DNA of 64,000 nucleotides from a bacterium (GCA_963674965.2 CAXXFL010000007.1:480001-544000), one strand, 5' to 3'; counted from the first letter of the stretch, positions 31,233 through 39,512 are shown. A program made the numbers and translations. The notes: generated from the sequence alone by a model not told the origin.

Positions 31233-31458
31233 AATTTAAGTACACTGTCCCCAGAACCCACCAGACTTTATATATTCCAAGAATAACCGCAAGAGAGCGG
31301 CAACCCCCATTCTTGGTACCACGCGACCTACTCGCTATGCTCGCCCACAAGCGGAGCTATGGGTTACGCCGGAGGGCACGCCCCTGAGGGCAATGTGAGT
31401 TACCTGTTGATTTTCAAAATTTAAATACACTGTCCCCAGAACTCCGTGTCCCCGGAAC
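31233..31458 (-). repeat. GGGGACA junction motifs, copies 2-4
   Basis: AATTTAAGTACACTGTCCCCAGAAC (31233), AAAATTTAAATACACTGTCCCCAGAACT (31417), partial GTGTCCCCGGAAC (31446). Confidence 0.75.
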
Positions 31459-31599
31459 CCGGGGTCGCCCACGCATATTGCGTGGGTGAGCGAAGCGAAC
31501 GGGCTGCTGTCTTCGGGGCCGAGGGCGCTTGGAGGCGTTTTACGGCGCGGGGTGGCCCATCTATGAGCAAGCTTGTCAAGTCGGGTACGGGATTTATCA

Positions 31600-31720
31600 C
31601 GGGTTAACTCAACCATCTATTCGGCGTCGCCCATTGACGCGCCATACTTTTTTTTCGAAACCCGGCCTCAGTCATGCGGACGGCGTCGCAATGCGCCAGG
31701 GCCACCCACGAGGTCCGGTA
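31600..31720 (-). ncRNA. Candidate bridge/seek RNA guide loops of the IS1111 element
   Basis: Two parallel TGGCGC..CGACGCCG..ATG units carrying matches to the target (GGGTGGCCC, GCATG) and to the element end (ATAGATG). Confidence 0.65.
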
Positions 31721-31747
31721 CTTTTTCCCGCGTCCCGAAACTAACTA

Positions 31748-33510
31748 GTTCCAGTTGCGTAACTAGAAAAAGCCAATAAAAACAATGTGCTGTAAGCATT
31801 TTTCGCTTCCCTTTTTGGTCTTGATATGATACAATAACTCCTTGAAAAATCAAGGATTGACTTGCCGGGATGCTGTGAAGGGGGCGAAAAATGCGACCGA
31901 AAATTAAAATGCAAATGACCATTGAAGACCACGAATTTTTGAAAGCGGGCCATCTTTTCAAACAAGACACTGAGCTTGAGAAGATGAGCATAGCGCTCGA
32001 CGAGGCCAAGGAAATTCTGGAAGCTGTTGCCGATGATCTCCAAAGCGGACTCAAGGAGACCGGCGCCGAGGGGATGAGCGTCGAGCAGGTCCTTAGGAGC
32101 GCGGTCATCTATCAACTCAAGTGTTATTCCTACCGGGAACTCGGCGACCGCCTCGGTTCCGATTACAATTTCCGCAAGTTCACCAGGTTCTTCGGGCGGG
32201 ACATTCCCCATTTCAGCAGCCTGGAGCGGGCGATAAAACGCATCCGCCCCGAGACCTGGGAGCGGATCAACGAAATGCTCGTGGCCCTGGCCATTAAAAA
32301 AAAAGTAGAAGACGGCGAGGCGGTCCGCGCTGACACCGCGGTGGCCGAGGCCAACATCCACTATCCGACCGACGCTTCGCTTCTTTTTGACAGCATCCGT
32401 GTATTGGACCGGTTGATGAAAGGAGCGCGGAAGGAGCTGCCGGGTCTCGGGTTCGAATATCATGACCGGACTCGGCGGGCCAAGAAGCGCGCTTACCAGA
32501 TCGCCATGGGCAAAGGCAAAGGGATCGAGAAGAAACGGGCGGTCTGGTACCGGGACCTTCTCAAGGTTTCGGCGGAAATCTTGGCCATGGCCCGCTCGGC
32601 GCGGGAGGCGCTGGACGAGGCCCTTAAAGGCGGAGAGCTTTATTTCAGCGATGCGGGCCTGGCAACCATGATCAAGAGCGAACTCGATCATTACCTGCCG
32701 CTTTCTGAGCAGTGCGTCGAGCAGTGCGAGCGGCGGGTTATAAAAGGCGAGAAGGTTCCCGCGCAAGAGAAGGTGGTTTCCGTTTTCGAGCCGCACGTTG
32801 ATATCATCGGAGAGGCAAGACCATGAGCCCGACCGAGTTCGGTCACAAGGTGATGGCGGCGACGGGAAGGTCGGGGATTGTGCTTCAATATAAAGTGTGC
32901 GAGGGCAACCCTTCCGACGCCGACCTTTTCGAGGACATTTTGCAAAAACACGTCCGCCTGTTCGGCAAGGCTCCACGCGAGTTTACCGGCGACCGCCGCT
33001 TCTATCATGAGGACAATGAGAAGCTTGCGACCGAAGGTCCTTATTATATCGAGCGCCTGGCCATTCCCAAGCCCGGCAAAAGGAGTTCGGAGCGGATCGA
33101 GCACGAGCGTCAGCGCTGGTTCAAGAAGCTTCTTCGCTTCCGGGCCGGGATCGAGGGCGGCCTTTCCGCCCTTCTTCGCGGCTTCGGTCTGAGCCGATGC
33201 CTGTGGAGAGGTTTCGAGAGCTTCAAGTCCTGGGTGGGTCTTTCGTTCTTTGCCTGGAACCTTCGAAAACTCGCGCTGCTGACTTAGCCGCCGCCGGGCG
33301 CGCCCCTGTGGGGGCAATGAAAAACGGAAATGAAAAACAGCAAAAGGAGAGGTGTTTTTTGAAAGGATAGAAAAGGGCCGGCTCAGGCATTCAACTCGCC
33401 TGAAAGCGTTAAAATCTTTTCCGTCCTTTATAGACGCCCTGAAAATCTGCATGTCCATATCCTCTCCGCACCGCATAATGAAAGCCATTAAGCAGTTGTG
33501 CAACAGAAAC
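31748..33510 (+). mobile_element. ISNCY/IS5-like insertion sequence
   Basis: IRs GTTCCAGTTGCGTAACT / AGTTGTGCAACAGAAAC; 6-bp TSD TAACTA at 31742-31747 and 33511-33516. Confidence 0.88.
31891..33287 (+). pseudogene. DDE transposase split by a frameshift near 32810
   Basis: RADTAVAEANIHYPTD, EFGHKV, GDRRF and RAGIEG motifs; HVDII(R)RGKTMSPTEFG is restored by adding one base. Confidence 0.85.
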
Positions 33511-33673
33511 TAACTAAGCGTCCACCCCGCCTTCCCCCAATATTCCGTCGCGATGAAATCCCTCTCCTCCTCTCCGGAGCGCTGGTCAAGGGCGGCGCAG
33601 CCGTCCCGCAAAGCGGGATCGCGGACCCTTGACGAGTGTGACGGGAGGAGTACATTTTCTTTCCGCGACGGTA

Positions 33674-34693
33674 TTACGCCGCCTCGCTCCAGCACTCGCC
33701 CGTTCTGAGCATAGCCAGACCGACTCGGGCCAGGTAATGGGCAATGGCGATCACCGCGATCTTTTTACGGTCCGGATCGCCTTTTACTATCCGTTCGAAG
33801 CGCGCCCTGACTTTTTCCGAGCGGCGGATGGCGGCCCAGGCGGCTTCGGTTAAAAGTTTCCTCACGGTTGGAGGGCCTTCTTTGGTGATGTGCCCAAGTC
33901 GGTCGCGTCCGGCGCTGGAATCTAGAACGGGAACCAGCCCCAGGTAAGCGCCGATCTTGGAGGTCTTGTCGAATCTGCCCGGATCGTCGATGTATGCCGC
34001 CAGGGCTTCGGCGGTGCGGATGCCGACGCCGGGGATCGTCATCAGCAACCTCACGCCGGGATGGCGGGAAGCCTCCTTGGCCAGTATTCTTTCCGCGGCC
34101 CTGATGCCGGCTTCGAAAAAATCGAACTCCCCGATCAGAGTCGTGAGTTTATACGCGCTCAAAGGGTCTTCGAAACGAATCGACTTCAGCCAGGCAATGC
34201 CCTTCCTGGTCCACAGTTTGTATGGAGAAGGCAAACCGTTTTCGCGCAGCAGAGAACGGATTTCGTTTTTGGTCCTGGTACGCTTGGCGACAAGGCGTCC
34301 GCGATGCTCGATAATGTTGCGCCATGCCCGGATATGCGGCGAGGGAACGTGGACGGTCGGGACCTGGTCCAGGAACAGGAGTTTTGCCAGCTTTTGGGCG
34401 TCGATGCGGTCGTTCTTGCGCTTGGACTTGAATATCAAACGGACCTTGCCCGGGTTGGCCACCACCACCCGGCGCGCAACTTTTTGGAGGCGGTCGTGAA
34501 GGTGTCCAGCGCCGCAAGAAGCCTCGAAACATATTGACATGTAATCGAGATATTTGTCTCCAATGCGTTTGATCTCCTCCACCGCCTTCTCCCAGTTTCC
34601 TTTCACCTCGCGGGCCATAAGCTGTTTGCCGTTCTCGTCAAGCACGCAAATCGAACTCCTCTTGACATGGACGTCCATTCCAATGTACAACAT
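33674..34693 (-). CDS. IS110 family DEDD recombinase/transposase
   Basis: YIGMDVH, FEAS, KNDRIDA (DEDD), IPGVG and GLVP..DSSAG serine motif; AAGGAGG RBS. Confidence 0.95.
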   Translation of the reverse strand: MLYIGMDVHVKRSSICVLDENGKQLMAREVKGNWEKAVEEIKRIGDKYLDYMSICFEASCGAGHLHDRLQKVARRVVVANPGKVRLIFKSKRKNDRIDAQKLAKLLFLDQVPTVHVPSPHIRAWRNIIEHRGRLVAKRTRTKNEIRSLLRENGLPSPYKLWTRKGIAWLKSIRFEDPLSAYKLTTLIGEFDFFEAGIRAAERILAKEASRHPGVRLLMTIPGVGIRTAEALAAYIDDPGRFDKTSKIGAYLGLVPVLDSSAGRDRLGHITKEGPPTVRKLLTEAAWAAIRRSEKVRARFERIVKGDPDRKKIAVIAIAHYLARVGLAMLRTGECWSEAA

Positions 34694-34815
34694 CTTTAAG
34701 CCTCCTTTCGAGTATGAGTTTGTTGATACTTACACTATACCCGACTGGGGGCTTGCTACATAGAATCATGCATTTTCACAAAATGCATGGGTGGCGTAGC
34801 CACTGGCTGAGTATT

Positions 34816-34851
34816 AGATCTGGGGACTAGATCTGGGGACACCATACTTAA
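34816..34851 (+). repeat. GGGGACA junction motif with partial tandem duplication
   Basis: AGATCTGGGGACT-AGATCTGGGGACACCATACTTAA. Confidence 0.8.
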
Positions 34852-34852
34852 C

Positions 34853-35156
34853 TCACTTCTTTTCGGGCTTTGGGGCCGGCTTTTGGGGGGCGAGGCGGCG
34901 GCCGAGGGCGGTCTCGAGTCCCGCGACGAAGTCCTTTTCTCCGAGGGGGCGCCCGGCGCGCTCGCGCGTTTTTATTCGCGATACCTCGGAGCCAATTACG
35001 GGCAGATTCAAAAAGTCCTCCCATTTATATGGTACCTTGTCTAACAAGCCGGATACTTTGACTAATTCGTCGTCCTTGCCGCGCCGATGGGCCTCCCCGA
35101 TGGCCAGCCGCAGGCCGTCCTCGGTCCCGGGCGCGGCGATGAGGTGCACGTGGTTG
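34853..35156 (-). pseudogene. Duplicated 3' fragment of the RAYT gene
   Basis: 34839-35156 matches 39022-39339 with 3 mismatches seen; starts at NHVH, where it is cut by a junction motif. Confidence 0.85.
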
Positions 35157-35219
35157 AGATCCGGGGACACCTTACTTAATTCACCGTGAGATCCGGGGAC
35201 ACCTTACTTAATTCACCGT
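35156..35219 (+). repeat. Exact 32-bp tandem duplication of the junction motif
   Basis: GAGATCCGGGGACACCTTACTTAATTCACCGT occurs twice in tandem. Confidence 0.9.
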
Positions 35220-35416
35220 TTGCCCAATTATATCTCCTGGTGCCCGAGAAAATATCACGTTTTCTGCTTGCGCTAAGTTATTCATAATCTCGCATATTAA
35301 AGGGCCTCCCTATGTGGTCGACCGTGTAATAATAGGTCCCAAGCTCATTGTAATAAGGCGCCTTGGCCTCGGGCACCGGAATGTGTCAAGCAAAATGAGA
35401 CACGCCTTTCCTGAAT

Positions 35417-36433
35417 TTAGTGTGGCAAACTGTTTGTTTCCTCCGGTTTCTCCGGTGGGTTGATCCACGCTTTGCCGGGCAACTCCGGCGCCGTCGGCGG
35501 TCTTTTCACGAAGCGCTCCGGGTTTTTTTCATAGGCGTGGTCGAGCGTTTTTTGCCGGGCGGCCACGATCTCGCTCGCCATTCCGTAATGGACCATCTCG
35601 GGCGTCATCAGGCCGATCCCGGTGTGCCGATGCTCGCGGTTGTACCAATCGAAAAACTTCACGCAAAAGGCCCTGGCGTCCTCGATGGAGCCGAACCGGC
35701 TCGGGAACTCGGGCCGGTACTTCATGGTCTTGAACTGGCTTTCCGAGTAGGGGTTGTCGTCGGACACGTGGGGCCGCGAGTGGCTCTTGGTCACGCCCAG
35801 GTCGGCCATCAAGAAGGCCACCGGCTTTGATTTCATCGAACTCCCCCGGTCGGCGTGGATTGTGAGTTGTCCCGGCTCGATCTCCTGTTTTCGGATGCTG
35901 TCCCCGATCAGGCGGCGGGCCAGCTCGGCGCTCTCGCGGCGGGCGATCATCCAGCCCACCACGCAGCGGCTGAAGATATCCATGATCACGTAGAGCTGGT
36001 AGCAGGTCCATTTGGCCGGTCCCTTGAGCTTGGTGACGTCCCAGGACCAGACCTGGTTGGGGGCCTCGGCCAGCAACTCGGGTTTTTTGTATCGGGGATG
36101 CCGAAGCTGGTTGCGCCGCTCCCTGACTTCCTTTTCCGAGTCGAGGACGCGGTACATGGTGCGGACCGAGCACAGCCATGTCCCCTCGTCCAGGAGCGTT
36201 GCCCAGACCTCGCGGGGGGCCTTGTCGGCAAAGCGCTCGGAGTGGAGTCCGTCCAGCACCCGGCGCCGCTCGTCCTCGCTCAACGACCTTGCCGGCTTGG
36301 CCGCGCGCCTCGGCGGCGGAGGCCCGAAGGGAATTTTAGCGCGGCGGTCAAACGTTGCCCGCGACAGGCCCAGGGCCTCGCAGGCGGCCTTGACGCCGAC
36401 CCGGGGAGCGGCCGTGCTTGCCGATTCCATCAT
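35417..36433 (-). CDS. IS3-type transposase OrfB (integrase core)
   Basis: WSWDVT, DIFSRCVVGW, HADRGS and DNPYSESQFKT DDE motifs. Confidence 0.93.
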   Translation of the reverse strand: MMESASTAAPRVGVKAACEALGLSRATFDRRAKIPFGPPPPRRAAKPARSLSEDERRRVLDGLHSERFADKAPREVWATLLDEGTWLCSVRTMYRVLDSEKEVRERRNQLRHPRYKKPELLAEAPNQVWSWDVTKLKGPAKWTCYQLYVIMDIFSRCVVGWMIARRESAELARRLIGDSIRKQEIEPGQLTIHADRGSSMKSKPVAFLMADLGVTKSHSRPHVSDDNPYSESQFKTMKYRPEFPSRFGSIEDARAFCVKFFDWYNREHRHTGIGLMTPEMVHYGMASEIVAARQKTLDHAYEKNPERFVKRPPTAPELPGKAWINPPEKPEETNSLPH

Positions 36434-36969
36434 TCGCTCTCTTCGCCGGGCGGCTTGGCCAGGGGTATCCCCAGCAGATCGGCAACTTTTTTTTGGAAGT
36501 CGATTATCATCTCGGCCTGTTCGAGCCGCTTTTGGAGCTTCCGGTTCTCGCGCTCGAGGCGGGCCACTTCATCGGCCAGCGGGTTTTTGGCCTTGGGCTT
36601 GCGGCCCCGCTTTACGGGCGAAAGCGCTTTCAAGGCCCCCTCGTCCCGCTGCTTGCGCCAGGCCGTCAGGTGCGACGAATAAAGGCCCTCCCGGCGCAGC
36701 AGGGCGCCGACCTCGCCATGCCCCGAGCAGGCGTCGGCCTTCCCGAGGATTGCGAGCTTGTAAGCCGCGGTGAAGCGCCGCCGGGCGGGCTTTTCCGGGA
36801 CCTCCGGGTCGGGAAGAATGATCGGCGCCCCTCCCCGCTCGGGCCGCTTGGCCGGAGTGTCCTCCGGCTCGGCCGTCCCGGTTGGGGAGACTCCGGTCGC
36901 CCTACGGGCTCCCTCCGTCTCCCCAACAATCCCTGCCTTCTTCCTGTCTTCATCCATCTCTCTATACAT
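36430..36969 (-). CDS. IS3-type transposase OrfA
   Basis: RRRFTAAYKLAIL, LLRREGLYSSHL and a coiled coil; overlaps the OrfB start (ATGA). Confidence 0.88.
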   Translation of the reverse strand: MYREMDEDRKKAGIVGETEGARRATGVSPTGTAEPEDTPAKRPERGGAPIILPDPEVPEKPARRRFTAAYKLAILGKADACSGHGEVGALLRREGLYSSHLTAWRKQRDEGALKALSPVKRGRKPKAKNPLADEVARLERENRKLQKRLEQAEMIIDFQKKVADLLGIPLAKPPGEESE

Positions 36970-37171
36970 CCTAATACCTCCCCCGCCCTACAGTAATTTA
37001 ACATAGGGGAAGTGTCTCATCTACGTTGGCACAGAGGGCACGTCCAAGATAAGAGAGAACCCAAAGATGAATACGAATGCAACCCCTGCCTCCACGAGGG
37101 CGGACCATATCCATCGAAAGCCGGACCTTTCTGGGTATCCATACGTAGATATGAACCTTGTTCAATAGTTG

Positions 37172-37561
37172 TCAATCACAAGAACAAACGTCTTTATGAA
37201 TCAGGCGATCTTGATCATCGAAATAAAGAAATACAGCTCTGGTATATTCAGGAAAACAAATTAGAGCACTTTCTCCAATCTCCAATGACCGATTTGGATA
37301 ATGACAGCCCTCTAAATATAAGCTTTTTCGTTCTTTTGGACCCTCAAAATATGAAAGATTATTTACAAGTAAAGGATCGGCTTTAAATTGCTCTATAACT
37401 TCTCCCTTTGTCATCCCGATTGTAAAATTTCTTGAAGGTTTATACTCGAAATACCAATAGCATATGGCGACAAATAATAAAATAAAAAAAAGTGAATAAA
37501 CATATAAAAATTTCATTTTTATATCTAATGCCTTTTTTAATAAGAATATCATCTTTTTCAC
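37172..37561 (-). CDS. AT-rich membrane-anchored orphan protein (candidate immunity protein), paralogue of 38490-38843
   Basis: TM segment, IGMTKGEV and LYFDDQDRLI. Confidence 0.7.
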   Translation of the reverse strand: MKKMIFLLKKALDIKMKFLYVYSLFFILLFVAICYWYFEYKPSRNFTIGMTKGEVIEQFKADPLLVNNLSYFEGPKERKSLYLEGCHYPNRSLEIGESALICFPEYTRAVFLYFDDQDRLIHKDVCSCD

Positions 37562-37602
37562 TCCTATTCAGGGATGTCTGTAGTGGCTTCATATTCTAAT
37601 AT

Positions 37603-37653
37603 CAGATCCAGGAACACCTTTACAGATCCGGGGACACCTTACTTAATTCACCG
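37603..37653 (+). repeat. GGGGACA junction motif with degenerate duplication
   Basis: CAGATCCAGGAACACCTTTA-CAGATCCGGGGACACCTTACTTAATTCACCG. Confidence 0.8.
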
Positions 37654-37712
37654 TTTGCCCAATTATATCTCCTGGTGCCCGAGATAATATCACGTTTCCT
37701 GCTTGCGTTAAG

Positions 37713-37930
37713 CTATTTAAAATCTCGCATATTGAAGGGCCTCCCTATGTGGTCGACCGTGTAATAATAGGTCCCAAGCTCGTTGTAATAAGCCGCCTTG
37801 GCCTCGGGCGCGTCCACCATAAAAGAGTACATGAAGATGAACGCGAAGGCAACCCCTATACCGACCGGCAAGGCCCCGCGCCTGGCTGGTTTTGGGCGCC
37901 CGATGACACTAGACGACGCTTCTTTAAAGT
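37713..37930 (-). pseudogene. RHS-like stub (uninterrupted copy)
   Basis: GIGVAFAFIFMYSFMVDAPEAKAAYYNELGTYYYTVDHIGRPFNMRD resembles the YYYxxDHLG entry to the RHS core; stops immediately afterwards. Confidence 0.6.
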
Positions 37931-37959
37931 GGGTTGCTCGTTTTACTACCAGGTTGCCC

Positions 37960-38370
37960 TTATTTGCTATAAGCTCTTGAGGAAAAATATAATAAAGTAT
38001 CGCCATATATAATTGATAAATCTCCATCAAAAGGAGAGGGGCATGTATTTTGTGAGGAAATTAAAACACATTCCGTACCATTAAGATATTTCATTATAAT
38101 TTTAACCTTGGAAAATTTATCGTTAAGCACTTTCATTTTAACTATTTGTTCATGATTCCACTTTCGATAAGTTCGTAGATCAAACTTTTCGTCACAGTCA
38201 AGGTCCCAATCAATAATTAAATAACGATAAGTAGTAAAAACACGCTTATCGACCAATCCATCGCCATTAAAGTCCAATTTAAGAAATTGGTAACAAACAA
38301 AAGGTAATATAATTATTAATGCAAATATACAGATCAAGAAGGCAAATATATTTTTATATCTATTCTTCAT
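37960..38370 (-). CDS. AT-rich membrane-anchored orphan protein (candidate immunity protein)
   Basis: TM segment; DFNGDGLVD and DLDCDEKFD DxDxDG-like loops. Confidence 0.65.
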   Translation of the reverse strand: MKNRYKNIFAFLICIFALIIILPFVCYQFLKLDFNGDGLVDKRVFTTYRYLIIDWDLDCDEKFDLRTYRKWNHEQIVKMKVLNDKFSKVKIIMKYLNGTECVLISSQNTCPSPFDGDLSIIYGDTLLYFSSRAYSK

Positions 38371-38489
38371 CACTATATCCATCCCCATTTAACGCCAGTT
38401 TGAAATCTTTCAAGAGCACTTCCTTCTTCATAGTAGACAAGGTGTCCGTTAGATAGAGGCGCAAGACCTGCTTTGAATCCTTGATGAAT

Positions 38490-38843
38490 CTACCAATCTC
38501 TCGGGCAAGAGTCTTTATAGATGAGATTTCCATTATCATCGAAATATAAATATACTGTAGAGTTTAATATCCCGGTAACTATCATTAAACTTTCATCTTC
38601 TTTAAGGTTGCGCCAAGGGAATCTATATCCGTGAAGAAATATCTCCTTTCTTGATTTAGGGCCATTGTGTTCGGCGATGATATTTCCGCCATCCTTTGAA
38701 TATATTTTAACAACATCGGGCCGACTCATTCCTATTTTATATTTAAAAAGCGGGATAAATTCGTTAGAAAAGAGTAATAATATATAAGGAATGGAACACA
38801 ATATGATTCCTAACAACAACTTGTAAATATCTTTTTTTGTCAT
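38490..38843 (-). CDS. AT-rich membrane-anchored orphan protein (candidate immunity protein), paralogue of 37172-37561
   Basis: TM segment, IGMSRPDV and LYFDDNGNLI. Confidence 0.7.
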   Translation of the reverse strand: MTKKDIYKLLLGIILCSIPYILLLFSNEFIPLFKYKIGMSRPDVVKIYSKDGGNIIAEHNGPKSRKEIFLHGYRFPWRNLKEDESLMIVTGILNSTVYLYFDDNGNLIYKDSCPRDW

Positions 38844-39035
38844 GGGACACCTTCTTGCCAAATAAAGCATCGCCCAGGGATGAATAAATAATGCTACCCT
38901 ACTACTCTCATCCCAAAAAATAAGCCAAACGATAAAAATCAATCAAAATATAAACTATTGATATTACTCTTTATTCCATATTTTAATGATGGGGCCAGAT
39001 AGAACATATGCAACATTTATCACACCATACTTAAC

Positions 39036-39512
39036 TCACTTCTTTTCGGGCTTTGGGCCCGGCTTTTGGGGGGCGAGGCGGCGTCCGAGGGCGGTCTCGA
39101 GTCCCGCGACGAAGTCCTTTTCTCCGAGGGGGCGCCCGGCGCGCTCGCGCGTTTTTATTCGCGATACCTCGGAGCCAATTACGGGCAGATTCAAAAAGTC
39201 CTCCCATTTATATGGTACCTTGTCTAACAAGCCGGATACTTTGACTAATTCGTCGTCCTTGCCGCGCCGATGGGCCTCCCCGATGGCCAGCCGCAGGCCG
39301 TCCTCGGTCCCGGGCGCGGCGATGAGGTGGACGTGGTTGGGCATCAGGCAATAGGCCCAAACCTCGACGCCGCGCTTTCGGGCCCACTCGGACATGAGGG
39401 AGACGTACGCCTCGTAGTCTCCGTCCGTGAAAAAGGTCCGCTACCTCCCGTTTCCCCTCTGAGTGACGTGATGGGGGGCAAAGGGAACAACGGCTCTCGC
39501 CATCCTGACCAC
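39036..39512 (-). pseudogene. REP-associated tyrosine (HUH Y1) transposase, RAYT-like
   Basis: PHHVTQRGN and AYCLMPNHVHL present; in-frame TAG at 39441-39443; central catalytic-Tyr region missing between HRR and GKDD. Confidence 0.88.

Larger units (their letters stand above)
31561..34766 (-). mobile_element. IS110 family, IS1111-type insertion sequence containing a nested IS
   Basis: Sub-terminal IRs CTATGAGCAAGC (31561) / GCTTGCTACATAG (34751); CAT flanks both ends; long downstream non-coding end; outward-facing TTGACA near the right end. Confidence 0.85.
35377..37035 (-). mobile_element. IS3-type insertion sequence
   Basis: IRs TGTGTCAAGCAAAATGAGACAC (35382) / GTGTCTCATCTACGTTGGCACA (37012); GGGCAC duplicated at 35371 and 37036. 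Confidence 0.88.
35278..37170 (-). pseudogene. RHS-like stub interrupted by the IS3-type element
   Basis: Removing the IS gives GVAFVFIFGFSLILDVPEAKAPYYNELGTYYYTVDHIGRPFNMRDYE*. Confidence 0.6.

Noticed and set aside
31561-31580. A complete circle-junction promoter for the IS1111 element
   Set aside because: The outward TTGACA is present, but joining the ends gave no convincing -10 box at 16-18 nt.
31529-31744. 71-aa plus-strand ORF
   Set aside because: It spans the IS1111 end and guide loops and is better explained as non-coding.
35156-35219. 32-bp direct repeats as a CRISPR array
   Set aside because: There are only two abutting copies, no spacers, and no cas genes in the window.
39441-39443. 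TAG read-through (pyrrolysine) in the RAYT gene
   Set aside because: The gene also lacks its catalytic centre through deletion, so a CAG-to-TAG nonsense change is simpler.
30418-39512. Classical integron
   Set aside because: No IntI-like tyrosine recombinase is present, and the junction motif lacks the RYYYAAC...GTTRRRY attC structure.
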